Source: Longimicrobiales bacterium
Lineage (GTDB): Bacteria; Gemmatimonadota; Gemmatimonadetes; Longimicrobiales; Gaopeijiaceae
NCBI GenBank assembly: GCA_965198065.1
Contig: CBDAON010000004.1
Coordinates: 2,592,001-2,656,000 of the forward strand
Length of the DNA: 64,000 nt
Direction: 5' to 3'
The first letter of the stretch is position 1; every line of letters starts with the position of its first letter. Both the position numbers and the translations under genes were made by a program. A model generated the notes under the pieces. That model was not told the origin of the DNA. It ran no database searches and saw only the letters and a list, made by a program, of their open reading frames with translations. Below are positions 1 to 9,944 of the stretch, piece by piece.

Positions 1-633
1 GAGAAGGAGGTGGGGGTCGCCATGGTGGACATCGGCGCCTCCTCCACCCAGCTCGCGGTCTACTACGAGGGGAAGATCCGCCACGTGGGCACGCTGCCGA
101 TCGGCGGCGACGCCCTCACGAACGACCTGGTGCGCGGACTGTCCGTGCCGTTTGCCGAGGCCCAGCGCGCCAAGGAGCAGCACGCGGTGGCCTTCGCGCA
201 GCTCGTGGATCCCCAGGAGACCATCGACCTCCCGGGGCCCGGGCCGGGACAGCGGCGCCACGTGGCGCGGGAGCTCATCGCTCACATCGTCGAGCAGCGC
301 CTGGACGAGCTGTTCAGCCTGGTCGAAGGAGAACTCGAGCAGAAGGAGCTGCTCGGCCGCCTGGGCGCGGGGGTTGTCCTCACGGGGGGGACGGCTGCGC
401 TCCAGGGGCTGGTCGAGATGGCAGGGCAGGTGTTTGCTGCGCCGGTCCGGGTCGGCGTGCCCGAGGAGGGGCTCGCTGGGCTCGCGGATGCCGTTCGCCG
501 GCCCCGCTTCTCGACCGTGACTGGGCTGTGCCTCTACGGGGCGGACCGCTTCTACGAGACCGGAGAGGGGGCCTCCACCCTCTCGTCCGGCGTGGTGTCG
601 CGCATCGGAGCTTGGATACGGGAGTTCTTCTGA
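1..633 (+). CDS. ftsA: Cell division protein FtsA (5'-truncated by window edge)
   Basis: Actin-like motifs VDIGASST and VVLTGG, C-terminal amphipathic tail IGAWIREFF, directly upstream of ftsZ. Confidence 0.96.
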   Translation, partial: EKEVGVAMVDIGASSTQLAVYYEGKIRHVGTLPIGGDALTNDLVRGLSVPFAEAQRAKEQHAVAFAQLVDPQETIDLPGPGPGQRRHVARELIAHIVEQRLDELFSLVEGELEQKELLGRLGAGVVLTGGTAALQGLVEMAGQVFAAPVRVGVPEEGLAGLADAVRRPRFSTVTGLCLYGADRFYETGEGASTLSSGVVSRIGAWIREFF

Positions 634-664
634 CTTCATGAACCTGGAGACGAGTGAGGACCCG

Positions 665-1867
665 ATGATGATCTTCGAATTCGACGAACCCCGGGCCGAG
701 AATGCCCACATGAAAGTCGTGGGCGTCGGGGGGGCCGGCGGGAACGCCGTCAATCGCATGGTGGACGAAGACCTCGAGGGGGTCGAGTTCATCTCCGCGA
801 ACACGGACGGGCAGGCGCTCCGACTGTCTCAGGCTCACGTGACGATCCAGCTGGGAAAGAAGCTCACGCGGGGCCTCGGGGCGGGCGCGCGCCCCGAGAT
901 CGGGCGCCAGGCCATCGCGGAGTCGGAGGACGAGGTGCGGCGCTCGCTGGAGGGGGCCGACCTCGTCTTCATCACGGCCGGCATGGGGGGCGGAACCGGG
1001 ACCGGCGCCGCGCCCCTGATTGGGGACATCGCGCGGGAGATCAACGCCCTCACGATCGGGATCGTCACGCGGCCGTTCGCGTTCGAGGGGAAGAAGCGCC
1101 TCCGTCAGGCCGAGCAGGGGCTCGCCGAGCTCAGGCGGTCGGTGGACACGATGATCGTGGTGCCGAACGACCGTCTGCTCTCCGTGGTGGGGAAGGGGAC
1201 GACCTTCCGAGACGCCTTGAAGAAGGCGGACGAGGTGCTCCTGCACGCCACGCAGGGGATCTCGGACCTCGTGCGCGTGACGGGCGAGGTGAACGTGGAT
1301 TTCGCGGACGTCCGCACGGTGATGGCGTGCCGTGGGCCGGCTCTCATGGGGTCAGGCTTCGGCGAGGGGGACGACCGCGCCGTCGAGGCGGCGCAGGAGG
1401 CGGTCTCGTCGCCGCTCCTGGACGACGTCTCGATCCGGGGGGCCAAGGGCGTCCTGATCAACATCACGGGGGGCATGGACCTCGCCATTGACGAGGTGAC
1501 CCAGATCTCTACGATTATCCAGGAAGAAGCCGGGGAGGACGCTGAGATCATCTTCGGGGCCGTGCACGATCCGTCCCTGGAGGGTAAGATTAGAGTGACT
1601 GTGATCGCCACCGGGTTCGATCCCGGCGAGGAGGCGAGCGACCGGAAGGTGATCCGGCCAGACTTCCGCCGGGGCGCCGTGCCCCGGTCCTCGAGCCGCG
1701 GTCCGGCTCGGCTCCCGCTGCGTACGCCGCTTCGTGCCGCTGTGGGTGACGGGTCGGCGCCGGAGCGTGAGGCCCAACCGTTCCACCGGCCTCCCGAGCG
1801 GGTCGTGGACCGGAGCCACCTCGGCGATTTGGACATACCGACGTTCATTCGTCGGCAGATGGACTAG
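665..1867 (+). CDS. ftsZ: Cell division GTPase FtsZ
   Basis: GVGGAGGNAV, tubulin signature GGGTGTG, NVDFAD, C-terminal LDIPTFIRRQ. Start set at ATG 665 after GAGGA; ORF opens at 638. Confidence 0.99.
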   Translation: MMIFEFDEPRAENAHMKVVGVGGAGGNAVNRMVDEDLEGVEFISANTDGQALRLSQAHVTIQLGKKLTRGLGAGARPEIGRQAIAESEDEVRRSLEGADLVFITAGMGGGTGTGAAPLIGDIAREINALTIGIVTRPFAFEGKKRLRQAEQGLAELRRSVDTMIVVPNDRLLSVVGKGTTFRDALKKADEVLLHATQGISDLVRVTGEVNVDFADVRTVMACRGPALMGSGFGEGDDRAVEAAQEAVSSPLLDDVSIRGAKGVLINITGGMDLAIDEVTQISTIIQEEAGEDAEIIFGAVHDPSLEGKIRVTVIATGFDPGEEASDRKVIRPDFRRGAVPRSSSRGPARLPLRTPLRAAVGDGSAPEREAQPFHRPPERVVDRSHLGDLDIPTFIRRQMD

Positions 1868-1890
1868 AGGCGACCGGGGAACGCTCTCCG

Positions 1891-3276
1891 GTGACCTTGG
1901 CCCGAGCAGCGGGCCGCTCCACTGCCGGGCATCGGAGAAGCGACAGCGTGCTCGATCGTCTTTCGACGTACGCTTCGAAGCCGCTGGGCGCCCTGGCAGG
2001 GGCGTTCGGCTGCGTGGGCGTCGCGGCCCTCGTGCTGGCTCCCGGTTGGGGGGAGACCCCGGACGCGGGGTACCTGGCGCCCCTGGCAGCGGTCTCGGCC
2101 GAGGAGTACCGGGTCGAGTTCCTGCGTCCGGGCACGACCTTCGGAGAGATCCTGTACACGGCGCGCCTGGACGCGAACGAGCAGGAGAACCTTCTCCTGG
2201 CGTTCCAAGAGCACGCGGACCCCCGGCGGCTCAGCGGAGGCACGGAGGTAACGCTCCGGTTCCTCCGGGGTGGGAAGGCGGTGCGCGGGGTGGACGTAGC
2301 CGTCACGCGCGACGAGCTCGTGCGGCTCGAGCGTGACCCGTTCGGCTGGACGTCCCATGTCGTCCCGACTCCCGTGTGGGTGGACACGCTCGCGACAACC
2401 GGGACGATCGAGACCGACCTGTGGACGGCAGTGGTTGGGAGCGACGGCTTTTCGGCGGTGCCGATCGCGGACCGCGCGCAGGTCATGTACGCCCTGGCCC
2501 AGGTGTTCCAGTGGCAGATCGACTTCCACCGGCAGATCCAGCCGGGTGACTCCTTCCGGCTCATCGTCGAGCGTGAGGTGCGTCCCGACGGGAGCATGAG
2601 GAGGAGCCGGATCCTGGCTGCCGAGGTTATGAGCTCTGGCGGGGCCGTGCACGCGATCTGGTTCGACCTCCACGGGGACGGGGTAGGCGGGTACTACGAC
2701 CTCGCCGGGGAGTCGCTCGAGCGTCCCTTCCTCGTGGCTCCTCTCGAGTTCCGCCGTATCTCCTCGGGGTTCTCGAACGGTCGTCGCCACCCGATCCTGA
2801 ACGTCATTCGCGCGCACCGTGGGGTGGATTACGCGGCGGCGATCGGGACGCCGGTGATGGCGACCGGCGATGGCGTGGTCACGCGGAGAGGCCCCGACGG
2901 AGGCTACGGCAACCTGGTAGAGATCCGCCACTCGGGCGGCTACGTCACCCGCTACGGTCACCTGAGCCGCTTCCAGGCGGCGGTGAATCCGGGGACCCGC
3001 GTGACACAGGGCCAGACGATCGGGTACGTCGGGATGACGGGCCTCGCCACCGGGCCGCATCTCCATTACGAGATGTACCAGAACGGACGGCCCCGCGATC
3101 CGCGCACCCTCGATCTCCCTCCAGGCGATCCCATTCCGCTGAATGTGCGGGACCGGTGGACCGCCGAGTTCGTCGTGCGGTACGCCATGCTCGTGAACCT
3201 CTCCTCGTCTCCCGACCTGCGGGTGGCGGACACGGGGTTGATCCCCGCGGATAGCGGGGCCGCGCGGAACGAGTGA
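1891..3276 (+). CDS. M23 family metallopeptidase (MepM-like murein DD-endopeptidase)
   Basis: Zinc motifs HRGVD and TGPHLHYE intact, GYGNLVEIRH, N-terminal hydrophobic anchor; start uncertain. Confidence 0.9.
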   Translation: MTLARAAGRSTAGHRRSDSVLDRLSTYASKPLGALAGAFGCVGVAALVLAPGWGETPDAGYLAPLAAVSAEEYRVEFLRPGTTFGEILYTARLDANEQENLLLAFQEHADPRRLSGGTEVTLRFLRGGKAVRGVDVAVTRDELVRLERDPFGWTSHVVPTPVWVDTLATTGTIETDLWTAVVGSDGFSAVPIADRAQVMYALAQVFQWQIDFHRQIQPGDSFRLIVEREVRPDGSMRRSRILAAEVMSSGGAVHAIWFDLHGDGVGGYYDLAGESLERPFLVAPLEFRRISSGFSNGRRHPILNVIRAHRGVDYAAAIGTPVMATGDGVVTRRGPDGGYGNLVEIRHSGGYVTRYGHLSRFQAAVNPGTRVTQGQTIGYVGMTGLATGPHLHYEMYQNGRPRDPRTLDLPPGDPIPLNVRDRWTAEFVVRYAMLVNLSSSPDLRVADTGLIPADSGAARNE

Positions 3277-5315
3277 TCTCCGCCGCAGGGATTCTCATCA
3301 TCTTGCTCGGGGCGGCCGGAATGATTCTGGCCGCCCTGTTGTATCTCAGGGCGGAGATCCACGTCCGGGGAAGACGGGCGCTCCTCGGGCTACGGCTCGG
3401 AGCTCTCGCCGTCGTGCTCCTCCTCCTGCTGGACGTCCGACTTCCGGGAGAGGATCCGAGTCGGGAGCCGCGAACGGGGGTGAAGTGGGTGCTCGTGGAT
3501 CCCGACCTGTCGCTGGTCGTGCCCTCGGGGACGAACGGGTCCCTGTGGGATGCCGGGATCGATCGAGTCGAGACGGAGGTCGCGACGGGTGCCCAGGTGG
3601 CCTTCGCGACGCCGGGAACGAGCGGGCCGGAGGGGGCGGATCTCTCGGGACTCGTGCTCCGGACGCCGTCCCACCCACCGGGGGACCTGGCGGAAGGGAT
3701 TGCCCGCCTGGCCGAAGCGGGAGCGGACTCGATCGTCGTCCTGTCGTCGTTCCGGCGTCCGCCGGGCTTCCTCGAGGTGCTGGAGCGGAGGACCCCGGTA
3801 GCCGTGCGGCTCGACCGGCTCGGCGGGGAGCCCGTCCGGAACGCCGGGATGGCCGAGCTCGTCCTTCCCGCCGCCCGGTCCGCGGGGCAGCCGGTCACGG
3901 GAAGGGTCTCGGTCTTCGGAGAGGGGGGGGCGGCCGGCGACACCGTCGCGGTGGAGATCCGATCCGGCGGGACGCTCGTGGACGCCGTCCGGCTTCCGCT
4001 TCCCGGCCCTGGCGCGCTGGCGTCCGCCGAGGTCCGCCTGCCGCCCACTCCCGACACGGGCCTCTTCCGCGTCACCGCGCGGGCGCTGCTCGAGGGGGAC
4101 GCCTTTCCGCCCGACGACGAGCTCGCCCGGTGGATTCGCGCGGGTGAGCTCGAGAGCGGCATCGTGCTCGTCTCGTTCGAGCCGGGGTGGGGGCCTCGGT
4201 ACCTCCTTCCCGTGCTCGAGGCTGTCACGGGGCTTCCGGGCGAGGGATATCTCGCGCTCGGGGACGGCCGGTTCCTCCCGCTGGGAGACGGAGAGGAGAA
4301 CCTCGCAATTGTCGGGCTCGAGTTCTTCCTCGACCGGACGAACCGAGCGGCGCTCCTCGTCCTCCACGGAACCGGGGAGTCGATCCCGCCCTGGGCATCG
4401 AGCGCTGCGGCCGCTCACCCCGCCGTCCTCCACTTTCCCGTGGGTGCCGGAGGCGCGGCCTTGGCCGGCATCGAGCTGGGCTCGACGGTGGCCGAGGAGC
4501 GAGTCGTCGATCCGCAGCTTCCTGCGTCCGCGGTGTCCCCCTTTCTCTCGGGCGTTGGGCTCGGCGGCCTCCCGGCGGTGACGGCACGTCTATCGATCGG
4601 TGAGCCCTCGAGCACGCAGGTGGCCGTCCGGGGGCGACCTGCGGCGGGTGGGAACGAGGCCCCTCTTCTCTTCCTGGACGAGACCGAGGCGGGACGCCGT
4701 GCCGTGTCCCTGGCGGACGGGTTCTGGCGCTGGGGAAGCCGCGACGGTGAGGCGCGAGACGCGTACCGAGCGCTCTGGGGTGGGGTCGCGAGCTGGCTCC
4801 TCGACCGTGCGGACCCCCTCGTCGAAGAGGGCGTCCGTCCGGCGGCTCAGGTGCAGCCCCGCGGCGTTCCCGTGCGGTGGGAAGTGTCTCCGGGCTTGGA
4901 GGGTGCCGAGCTGAGCCTCTTTCCAGTTCAGGTCCAGGACGGCCCTCTTCCGACGGACGGAGAGGGCGTCTCCGGTGCCGCCGAGTTCCGTGGGCTGATG
5001 ACACCCGGCGAGGACGGGATCGCCTCGACGCCCGCGATGGACCCGGGCGTCTACCGCTTCGAGGTACGGGATCCGGGCACGGGGCTGAACGGTCCCCTCC
5101 TCACGGCGGGGCTCGTGGAGGTCGAGGCGTGGGCCCCGTCGCTCCGCCATCCGCCACTGGACGTTCCCGAGCGACTGGACCCGGCGCCCTTGGAGGATGC
5201 GGGCGTGGCCGAGAGCGCGGGACGTCCGCTTCGGACCCATCCCCTTCCGTACTTCGTGCTCCTCGGTTTCCTCTGCGGGGAATGGCTCGGGCGCCGGCGG
5301 GTCGGACTCCGGTAA
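3273..5315 (+). CDS. Membrane-anchored hypothetical protein (two N-terminal TMs, probable Ig-like and GATase-like domains, C-terminal TM)
   Basis: GTGA overlap with the M23 stop; hydrophobic N-terminus; C-terminal LLGFLCGEWLGRRRVGLR resembles the EW..RR..GL tail of vWA-associated membrane proteins. Confidence 0.7.
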   Translation: MISAAGILIILLGAAGMILAALLYLRAEIHVRGRRALLGLRLGALAVVLLLLLDVRLPGEDPSREPRTGVKWVLVDPDLSLVVPSGTNGSLWDAGIDRVETEVATGAQVAFATPGTSGPEGADLSGLVLRTPSHPPGDLAEGIARLAEAGADSIVVLSSFRRPPGFLEVLERRTPVAVRLDRLGGEPVRNAGMAELVLPAARSAGQPVTGRVSVFGEGGAAGDTVAVEIRSGGTLVDAVRLPLPGPGALASAEVRLPPTPDTGLFRVTARALLEGDAFPPDDELARWIRAGELESGIVLVSFEPGWGPRYLLPVLEAVTGLPGEGYLALGDGRFLPLGDGEENLAIVGLEFFLDRTNRAALLVLHGTGESIPPWASSAAAAHPAVLHFPVGAGGAALAGIELGSTVAEERVVDPQLPASAVSPFLSGVGLGGLPAVTARLSIGEPSSTQVAVRGRPAAGGNEAPLLFLDETEAGRRAVSLADGFWRWGSRDGEARDAYRALWGGVASWLLDRADPLVEEGVRPAAQVQPRGVPVRWEVSPGLEGAELSLFPVQVQDGPLPTDGEGVSGAAEFRGLMTPGEDGIASTPAMDPGVYRFEVRDPGTGLNGPLLTAGLVEVEAWAPSLRHPPLDVPERLDPAPLEDAGVAESAGRPLRTHPLPYFVLLGFLCGEWLGRRRVGLR

Positions 5316-5325
5316 CGAGGCGTCG

Positions 5326-6249
5326 GTGCGACTGTTCCGGACGGCGGAGGAGGAGAGGAGCGGGCTCTGGAAGCGGGCCCTGGACCTCGCCCTGACGGAC
5401 GTGAGGGTCCTCGCGGGCGGGCTGGATCACGAGACGTTCGAGCAGCTCGATGAGAGGCTCCTCGCCGCCGACTTCGGAGTGAAGGCGACGCTGCACCTCG
5501 TGGATCACGTGGAGGGGCTGGCCCGCCAAGGGAAGGTCTCCGCCGGGAGCGGCCTCCGGGAAGCCCTGAGAGGAGAGGTCGCGCGGATCCTCGAGGCGGT
5601 CCAGGACAGCGGCCTCGCGGAGGCGGCCGACGGACCCACGGTCTACGTGATTGTCGGAGTGAATGGGGTCGGAAAGACGACGTCCGTCGCGAAGCTGGCC
5701 CATCGGATCACGGGGGAGGGACGATCCGTCCTGGTCGCCGCGGGGGACACCTTCCGGGCGGGTGCCGTGAGCCAGCTGGAGGAGTGGGCGAGGCGCACGG
5801 GCGCTGAGCTCGTCCGGGGGTCGGAAGGAGCGGATCCCGCGGCCGTGGCCTTCGACGCGCTCGAGGCCGCCCGGGCCCGGGGCACGGACGTGGTGCTGGT
5901 GGACACGGCGGGCCGCCTCCACACGCACCGCGGGCTCATGGACGAGCTCCGGAAGCTGGACCGCGTGATCCGGCGAAGGATCAAGGGGGCGCCGCACGAG
6001 ACGCTTCTCGTGCTCGACGCGACCGTGGGTCAGAACGCCGTCTCCCAGGTCCGCGAGTTTCAGGGGGTGGTGTCCCCGACGGGGATCATCCTGGCCAAGC
6101 TGGATTCGACCGCACGCGGCGGAATCGTGGTCGCGCTCGCGAATGAGTTCGACCTTGGGGTCAAGCTCGTGGGGGTGGGCGAGGCCGTGGAAGACCTCGA
6201 GCCCTTCGATCCGGAGGCCTTCCTAGCGGGCGTCTTCGAGGGCCCGTGA
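5326..6249 (+). CDS. ftsY: Signal recognition particle receptor FtsY (NG domain only)
   Basis: GVNGVGKTT, DTFRAGA, DTAGR, AKLDSTARGG; start placed at GTG 5326. Confidence 0.96.
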   Translation: MRLFRTAEEERSGLWKRALDLALTDVRVLAGGLDHETFEQLDERLLAADFGVKATLHLVDHVEGLARQGKVSAGSGLREALRGEVARILEAVQDSGLAEAADGPTVYVIVGVNGVGKTTSVAKLAHRITGEGRSVLVAAGDTFRAGAVSQLEEWARRTGAELVRGSEGADPAAVAFDALEAARARGTDVVLVDTAGRLHTHRGLMDELRKLDRVIRRRIKGAPHETLLVLDATVGQNAVSQVREFQGVVSPTGIILAKLDSTARGGIVVALANEFDLGVKLVGVGEAVEDLEPFDPEAFLAGVFEGP

Positions 6250-6253
6250 TCCG

Positions 6254-8407
6254 ATGGACTACTCCCAGCTGGACCGACCCGTCCAGTTCCTGAAGGCCGT
6301 GGGCCCGCGCCGGTCCGACGCCCTGAAGAAGCTCGGAGTCGGCACGGCCAGGGACCTCCTCTTCCACGTTCCTCGCCGTTACGACGACGCCTCGACGATA
6401 CGACCGATCGCCCGCCTCACCGTGGGCATGGACGTGACGGCCGTGGGACGGGTCCGCTCCAAGGGGATCGTCCCGACGCGCTCCGGGCTCAGGATCTTCC
6501 AGGCGGTGCTCGAGGACGAAAGCGGCACCATCACCTCGTCTTGGCCCGGTCAGCCGTGGCTGGACCGGAAGATCCGGGAGGGCGACGAGCTTCTGGTGAC
6601 GGGCCCGGTCAAGCACTACCACGGGCGCCAGATCCACCCGCGCGAGTTCACGATCCTCTCCCGTGCTCGGCGTCCGGGGGGGGAGGCTGAGGGCGTGGAT
6701 GGACAGCCCGCCGGAGCTGCTGGCCCGGGTGAGAAGCCGAGGGGCGCGATTTTCGTAACCTATCCGGCGGTGGACGAGGTCCCCCAGTGGGTGCTCCGCG
6801 CCATCTTCCAGCGGAACCTGGACTGGCTCCTGGACCAGATTCTCGAGGAGGAGTACCTCCCCGAGGAGACCCGGGATGCCCTCGGGCTGACCGGCCTGCG
6901 AGACGCCTTCCAGCGCGTGCACCGTCCGTCCTCGATCGAGGATCCGGAGGAGGGTCGGCGGCGGCTCGCCTTCGACGAGCTCTTTTTTCTGCAGCTCGTA
7001 CAAGCCCTCGTTCGCTACCGGACGTCCGAGGCGGAGCCCGGGATCCGATTCCAGCGGACGAACGCCCTGATCCGTCCCCTCCACGACGGACTTCCCTTCC
7101 CGCTGACCGACGCGCAGGCCCGCGTCTTGAAGGAGATCTACGACGACCTGACGTCGGGCCGCCGCATGAACCGGTTCCTTCAGGGAGACGTGGGGGCGGG
7201 AAAGACCCTCGTGGCCTTTTTCTCCATGCTTCTCGCGGCTGAAAGCGGATACCAGTCTGCGCTCATGGCGCCGACCGAGCTCCTGGCGGAGCAGCACGCC
7301 GCCACGCTCCGCGGGCTGATCGAGAGCGCAGGACTCGCTCTGGAAGTCGTGCTGCTCACGGGCCGCATGGGGGCGCAGGACAAGCGAAGCTCTCTTGCGG
7401 CGCTCGCGGCAGGGCCCCCAGCCTTCATTGCCGTCGGCACCCACGCTCTGATCCAGGAGGGAACCCGTTTCGCGAGGCTCGGGCTCGTCGTGGTCGATGA
7501 GCAGCACCGCTTCGGGGTTCGACAGCGGATGGCGCTTGTGGACGGAGTCGCATCGGAGACGAAGCCCCACGTGCTCGTGATGTCGGCGACCCCGATCCCC
7601 CGCTCGCTCGCGATGACCCTCTACGGGGAGCTCGACCTGAGCATCCTGGACGAGCTCCCTCCGGGGAGGACGCCGGTCGAGACCCTCCTTCGGTTCCCGG
7701 GGAGGCGGGAGCAGGTCTACGCCCGCGTCCAAAAGGAGCTCGCCCGGGGGCATCAGGGCTACGTCATCTATCCACAGGTGCAGGAGTCGGAGAAGACCGA
7801 CCTCCGGGCGGCCACGGAGGAATACGAGCGCCTCTCGGGAAAGGTCTTCCATGAGTGGAAAGTCGGCCTCTTGCACGGCCAGCTCCCCGCGGAGGAGAGA
7901 GACCGGGTGATGCGAGGGTTTCGGGACGGAGAGTTGGATCTGATCGTGGCCACGTCCGTCGTCGAGGTCGGAATCGACGTGCCCAACGCGACGTTTATCG
8001 TGATCGAGCACGCGGAGCGCTTCGGCCTGAGCCAGCTCCATCAGCTCCGGGGCCGCGTGGGGCGGGGGACCGCGCCAGCGGTTTGCATGCTCATCGCCGA
8101 GGCAGGGGGCGAGACGGGCGAGCGGTTGAAGGTGTTCCGGGACACGAACGATGGGTTCCGAATTGCCCAGGCGGACTTGAGGATTCGGGGCCCGGGCGAT
8201 CTCTTCGGGGCCCAACAGCACGGTCGGGATCCGCTGCTCAGGTTCGCGGACCTTAGCCGGGACGAGCCGCTGCTCGACCGGGCCCGGTCCCTTGCCCGGG
8301 GGGTCGTGGATGAGGATCCGGAGCTCTCGCGCCCCGAGCACCAGCGGATTCGGGACTTGCTCGAGAGGCGGCACCAGGAGCGCCTGAAGATGTGGAAGGT
8401 GGGCTGA
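6254..8407 (+). CDS. recG: ATP-dependent DNA helicase RecG
   Basis: QGDVGAGKT, DEQHRFG, SATPIPR, FGLSQLHQLRGRVGRG, N-terminal wedge domain. Confidence 0.98.
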   Translation: MDYSQLDRPVQFLKAVGPRRSDALKKLGVGTARDLLFHVPRRYDDASTIRPIARLTVGMDVTAVGRVRSKGIVPTRSGLRIFQAVLEDESGTITSSWPGQPWLDRKIREGDELLVTGPVKHYHGRQIHPREFTILSRARRPGGEAEGVDGQPAGAAGPGEKPRGAIFVTYPAVDEVPQWVLRAIFQRNLDWLLDQILEEEYLPEETRDALGLTGLRDAFQRVHRPSSIEDPEEGRRRLAFDELFFLQLVQALVRYRTSEAEPGIRFQRTNALIRPLHDGLPFPLTDAQARVLKEIYDDLTSGRRMNRFLQGDVGAGKTLVAFFSMLLAAESGYQSALMAPTELLAEQHAATLRGLIESAGLALEVVLLTGRMGAQDKRSSLAALAAGPPAFIAVGTHALIQEGTRFARLGLVVVDEQHRFGVRQRMALVDGVASETKPHVLVMSATPIPRSLAMTLYGELDLSILDELPPGRTPVETLLRFPGRREQVYARVQKELARGHQGYVIYPQVQESEKTDLRAATEEYERLSGKVFHEWKVGLLHGQLPAEERDRVMRGFRDGELDLIVATSVVEVGIDVPNATFIVIEHAERFGLSQLHQLRGRVGRGTAPAVCMLIAEAGGETGERLKVFRDTNDGFRIAQADLRIRGPGDLFGAQQHGRDPLLRFADLSRDEPLLDRARSLARGVVDEDPELSRPEHQRIRDLLERRHQERLKMWKVG

Positions 8408-8418
8408 CTCCTGGGGAT

Positions 8419-8446
8419 GCTCGGCGCAGAGCGTCGCTGGCCGAGC
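8419..8446 (+). other. GC-rich hairpin between recG and asnS
   Basis: GCTCGGC pairs with GCCGAGC, with an inner CAG/CTG pair; no U-tract. Confidence 0.35.
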
Positions 8447-8471
8447 GAAGGGACCAACCACGGAGGAATGG

Positions 8472-9773
8472 ATGACGGTCGCGCGCTACACGGAGGTCCG
8501 GGACCTCCACGCTCACGAGGGGGACGAGGTGACGGTTGCCGGATGGGTGGAGGGGCTCCGCACGCACGGGAAGGTCGCGTTCGCGCTCGTCCGCGACGGG
8601 ACCGGGGTCGTCCAGTGCGTGGTGGCCCGAAAGGAGGTGGGGGAAGAGGCTTGGGAGCAAGCCGTTCAGCTCACGCAGGAGACCTCGGTCGCGGTGCGCG
8701 GATCGGTCCGGGCGGACACGCGCTCCCCGGGCGGATACGAGCTTGGCCTCGTCGGGCTCGAGGTCCTTCACCGCTCGGAGGAGTACCCCATCCAGCCCAA
8801 GGAGCACGGTGTCGAGTTCCTCATGGACCATCGCCATCTCTGGATCCGTTCCACCCTCCAGCGGGCAGTCCTACGGGTACGCTCCGAGGTCATTCAGGCG
8901 GTCCACGACTTCTTCTACGGGCGAGGTTTCACCCGGATCGACAGCCCGATTCTCACGGGCTCGATCGGGGAGTCCGCGGGCACCCTGTTCTCGACGGACT
9001 ACTTCGGGGAAACGGCCTACCTGGCCCAGACCGGCCAGCTCTACATCGAGGCTGCGTGTCCCGCCTTTCGGAAGGTCTACTGCTTCGGCCCCACCTTTCG
9101 CGCGGAGAAGTCCAAGACGCGGCGGCACCTGACCGAGTTCTGGATGGTCGAGCCCGAGGTCGCGTTCGCTGACTCCGACGCGAACATGGCCCTCCAAGAA
9201 GAGCTCGTGAGCTATCTCGTGGGGCGTGCCCTGGAGCGGTGCGCGCCAGAGCTGCGGGCGCTCGAGCGCGACACGTCGAGGCTCGAGGCCGTCCAACCTC
9301 CCTTCCCGAGGATCCCGTACACGGAGGCCGTCGAGATCCTTCGCTCGAAGGGGAGCCAGATCGAGTGGGGCCAGGACCTGGCCGGGTCGGACGAGACACT
9401 CCTCGCGGGCGAGTTCGAGGTCCCCGTCATGGTGTACAACTACCCGCGCGAGGCGAAGGCCTTCTATATGAAGGAGAACCCCGACGACCCCCGTACCGTG
9501 CTGTCGAACGACATGATCGCCCCGGAGGGGTACGGGGAGATCATCGGAGGAAGCCAGCGCGAGGATGACCCGCGTCGCCTGGTCGCCAGGATCCGTGCCG
9601 AGGGACTCCCGGAGGAGGCGTACTCCTGGTACCTGGACCTCCGCCGCTACGGTACGTTCGTCCACTCGGGGTTCGGTCTCGGCATCGAGCGGACCGTCGC
9701 GTGGATCACGGGGCGCCCCCACGTCCGTGAGCTCATTCCCTTCCCACGGCTGATGAACCGGCTGACCCCTTGA
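8472..9773 (+). CDS. asnS: Asparagine--tRNA ligase
   Basis: OB-fold N-terminus, FRAEKSKTRRHLTEFWMVEPE, GEIIGGSQRE, WYLDLRRYG, HSGFGLGIER; GGAGG RBS. Confidence 0.97.
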   Translation: MTVARYTEVRDLHAHEGDEVTVAGWVEGLRTHGKVAFALVRDGTGVVQCVVARKEVGEEAWEQAVQLTQETSVAVRGSVRADTRSPGGYELGLVGLEVLHRSEEYPIQPKEHGVEFLMDHRHLWIRSTLQRAVLRVRSEVIQAVHDFFYGRGFTRIDSPILTGSIGESAGTLFSTDYFGETAYLAQTGQLYIEAACPAFRKVYCFGPTFRAEKSKTRRHLTEFWMVEPEVAFADSDANMALQEELVSYLVGRALERCAPELRALERDTSRLEAVQPPFPRIPYTEAVEILRSKGSQIEWGQDLAGSDETLLAGEFEVPVMVYNYPREAKAFYMKENPDDPRTVLSNDMIAPEGYGEIIGGSQREDDPRRLVARIRAEGLPEEAYSWYLDLRRYGTFVHSGFGLGIERTVAWITGRPHVRELIPFPRLMNRLTP

Positions 9774-9780
9774 CGTCTCC

Positions 9781-9829
9781 GCCAGGGCCTGGCCCAGTGG
9801 TGGGTTCGTTTTGACCCACTATCCCTGGC
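9781..9829 (+). terminator. Stem-loop just downstream of the asnS stop (possible terminator or 3' stabiliser)
   Basis: Outer GCCAGGG/CCCTGGC stem enclosing TGGTGGGTT-cgtttt-GACCCACTA; no clear poly-U. Confidence 0.4.
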
Positions 9830-9944
9830 CCACGGTCCTTGCCCCCTGCCCCCGGACGGCCACAGTATGCCGGGGATCAGCCGCTAGTCCGAGGCGACGG
9901 TGCGAGACCGATTCGACCGATACCCGATCCGACGAGGAAAGCCC

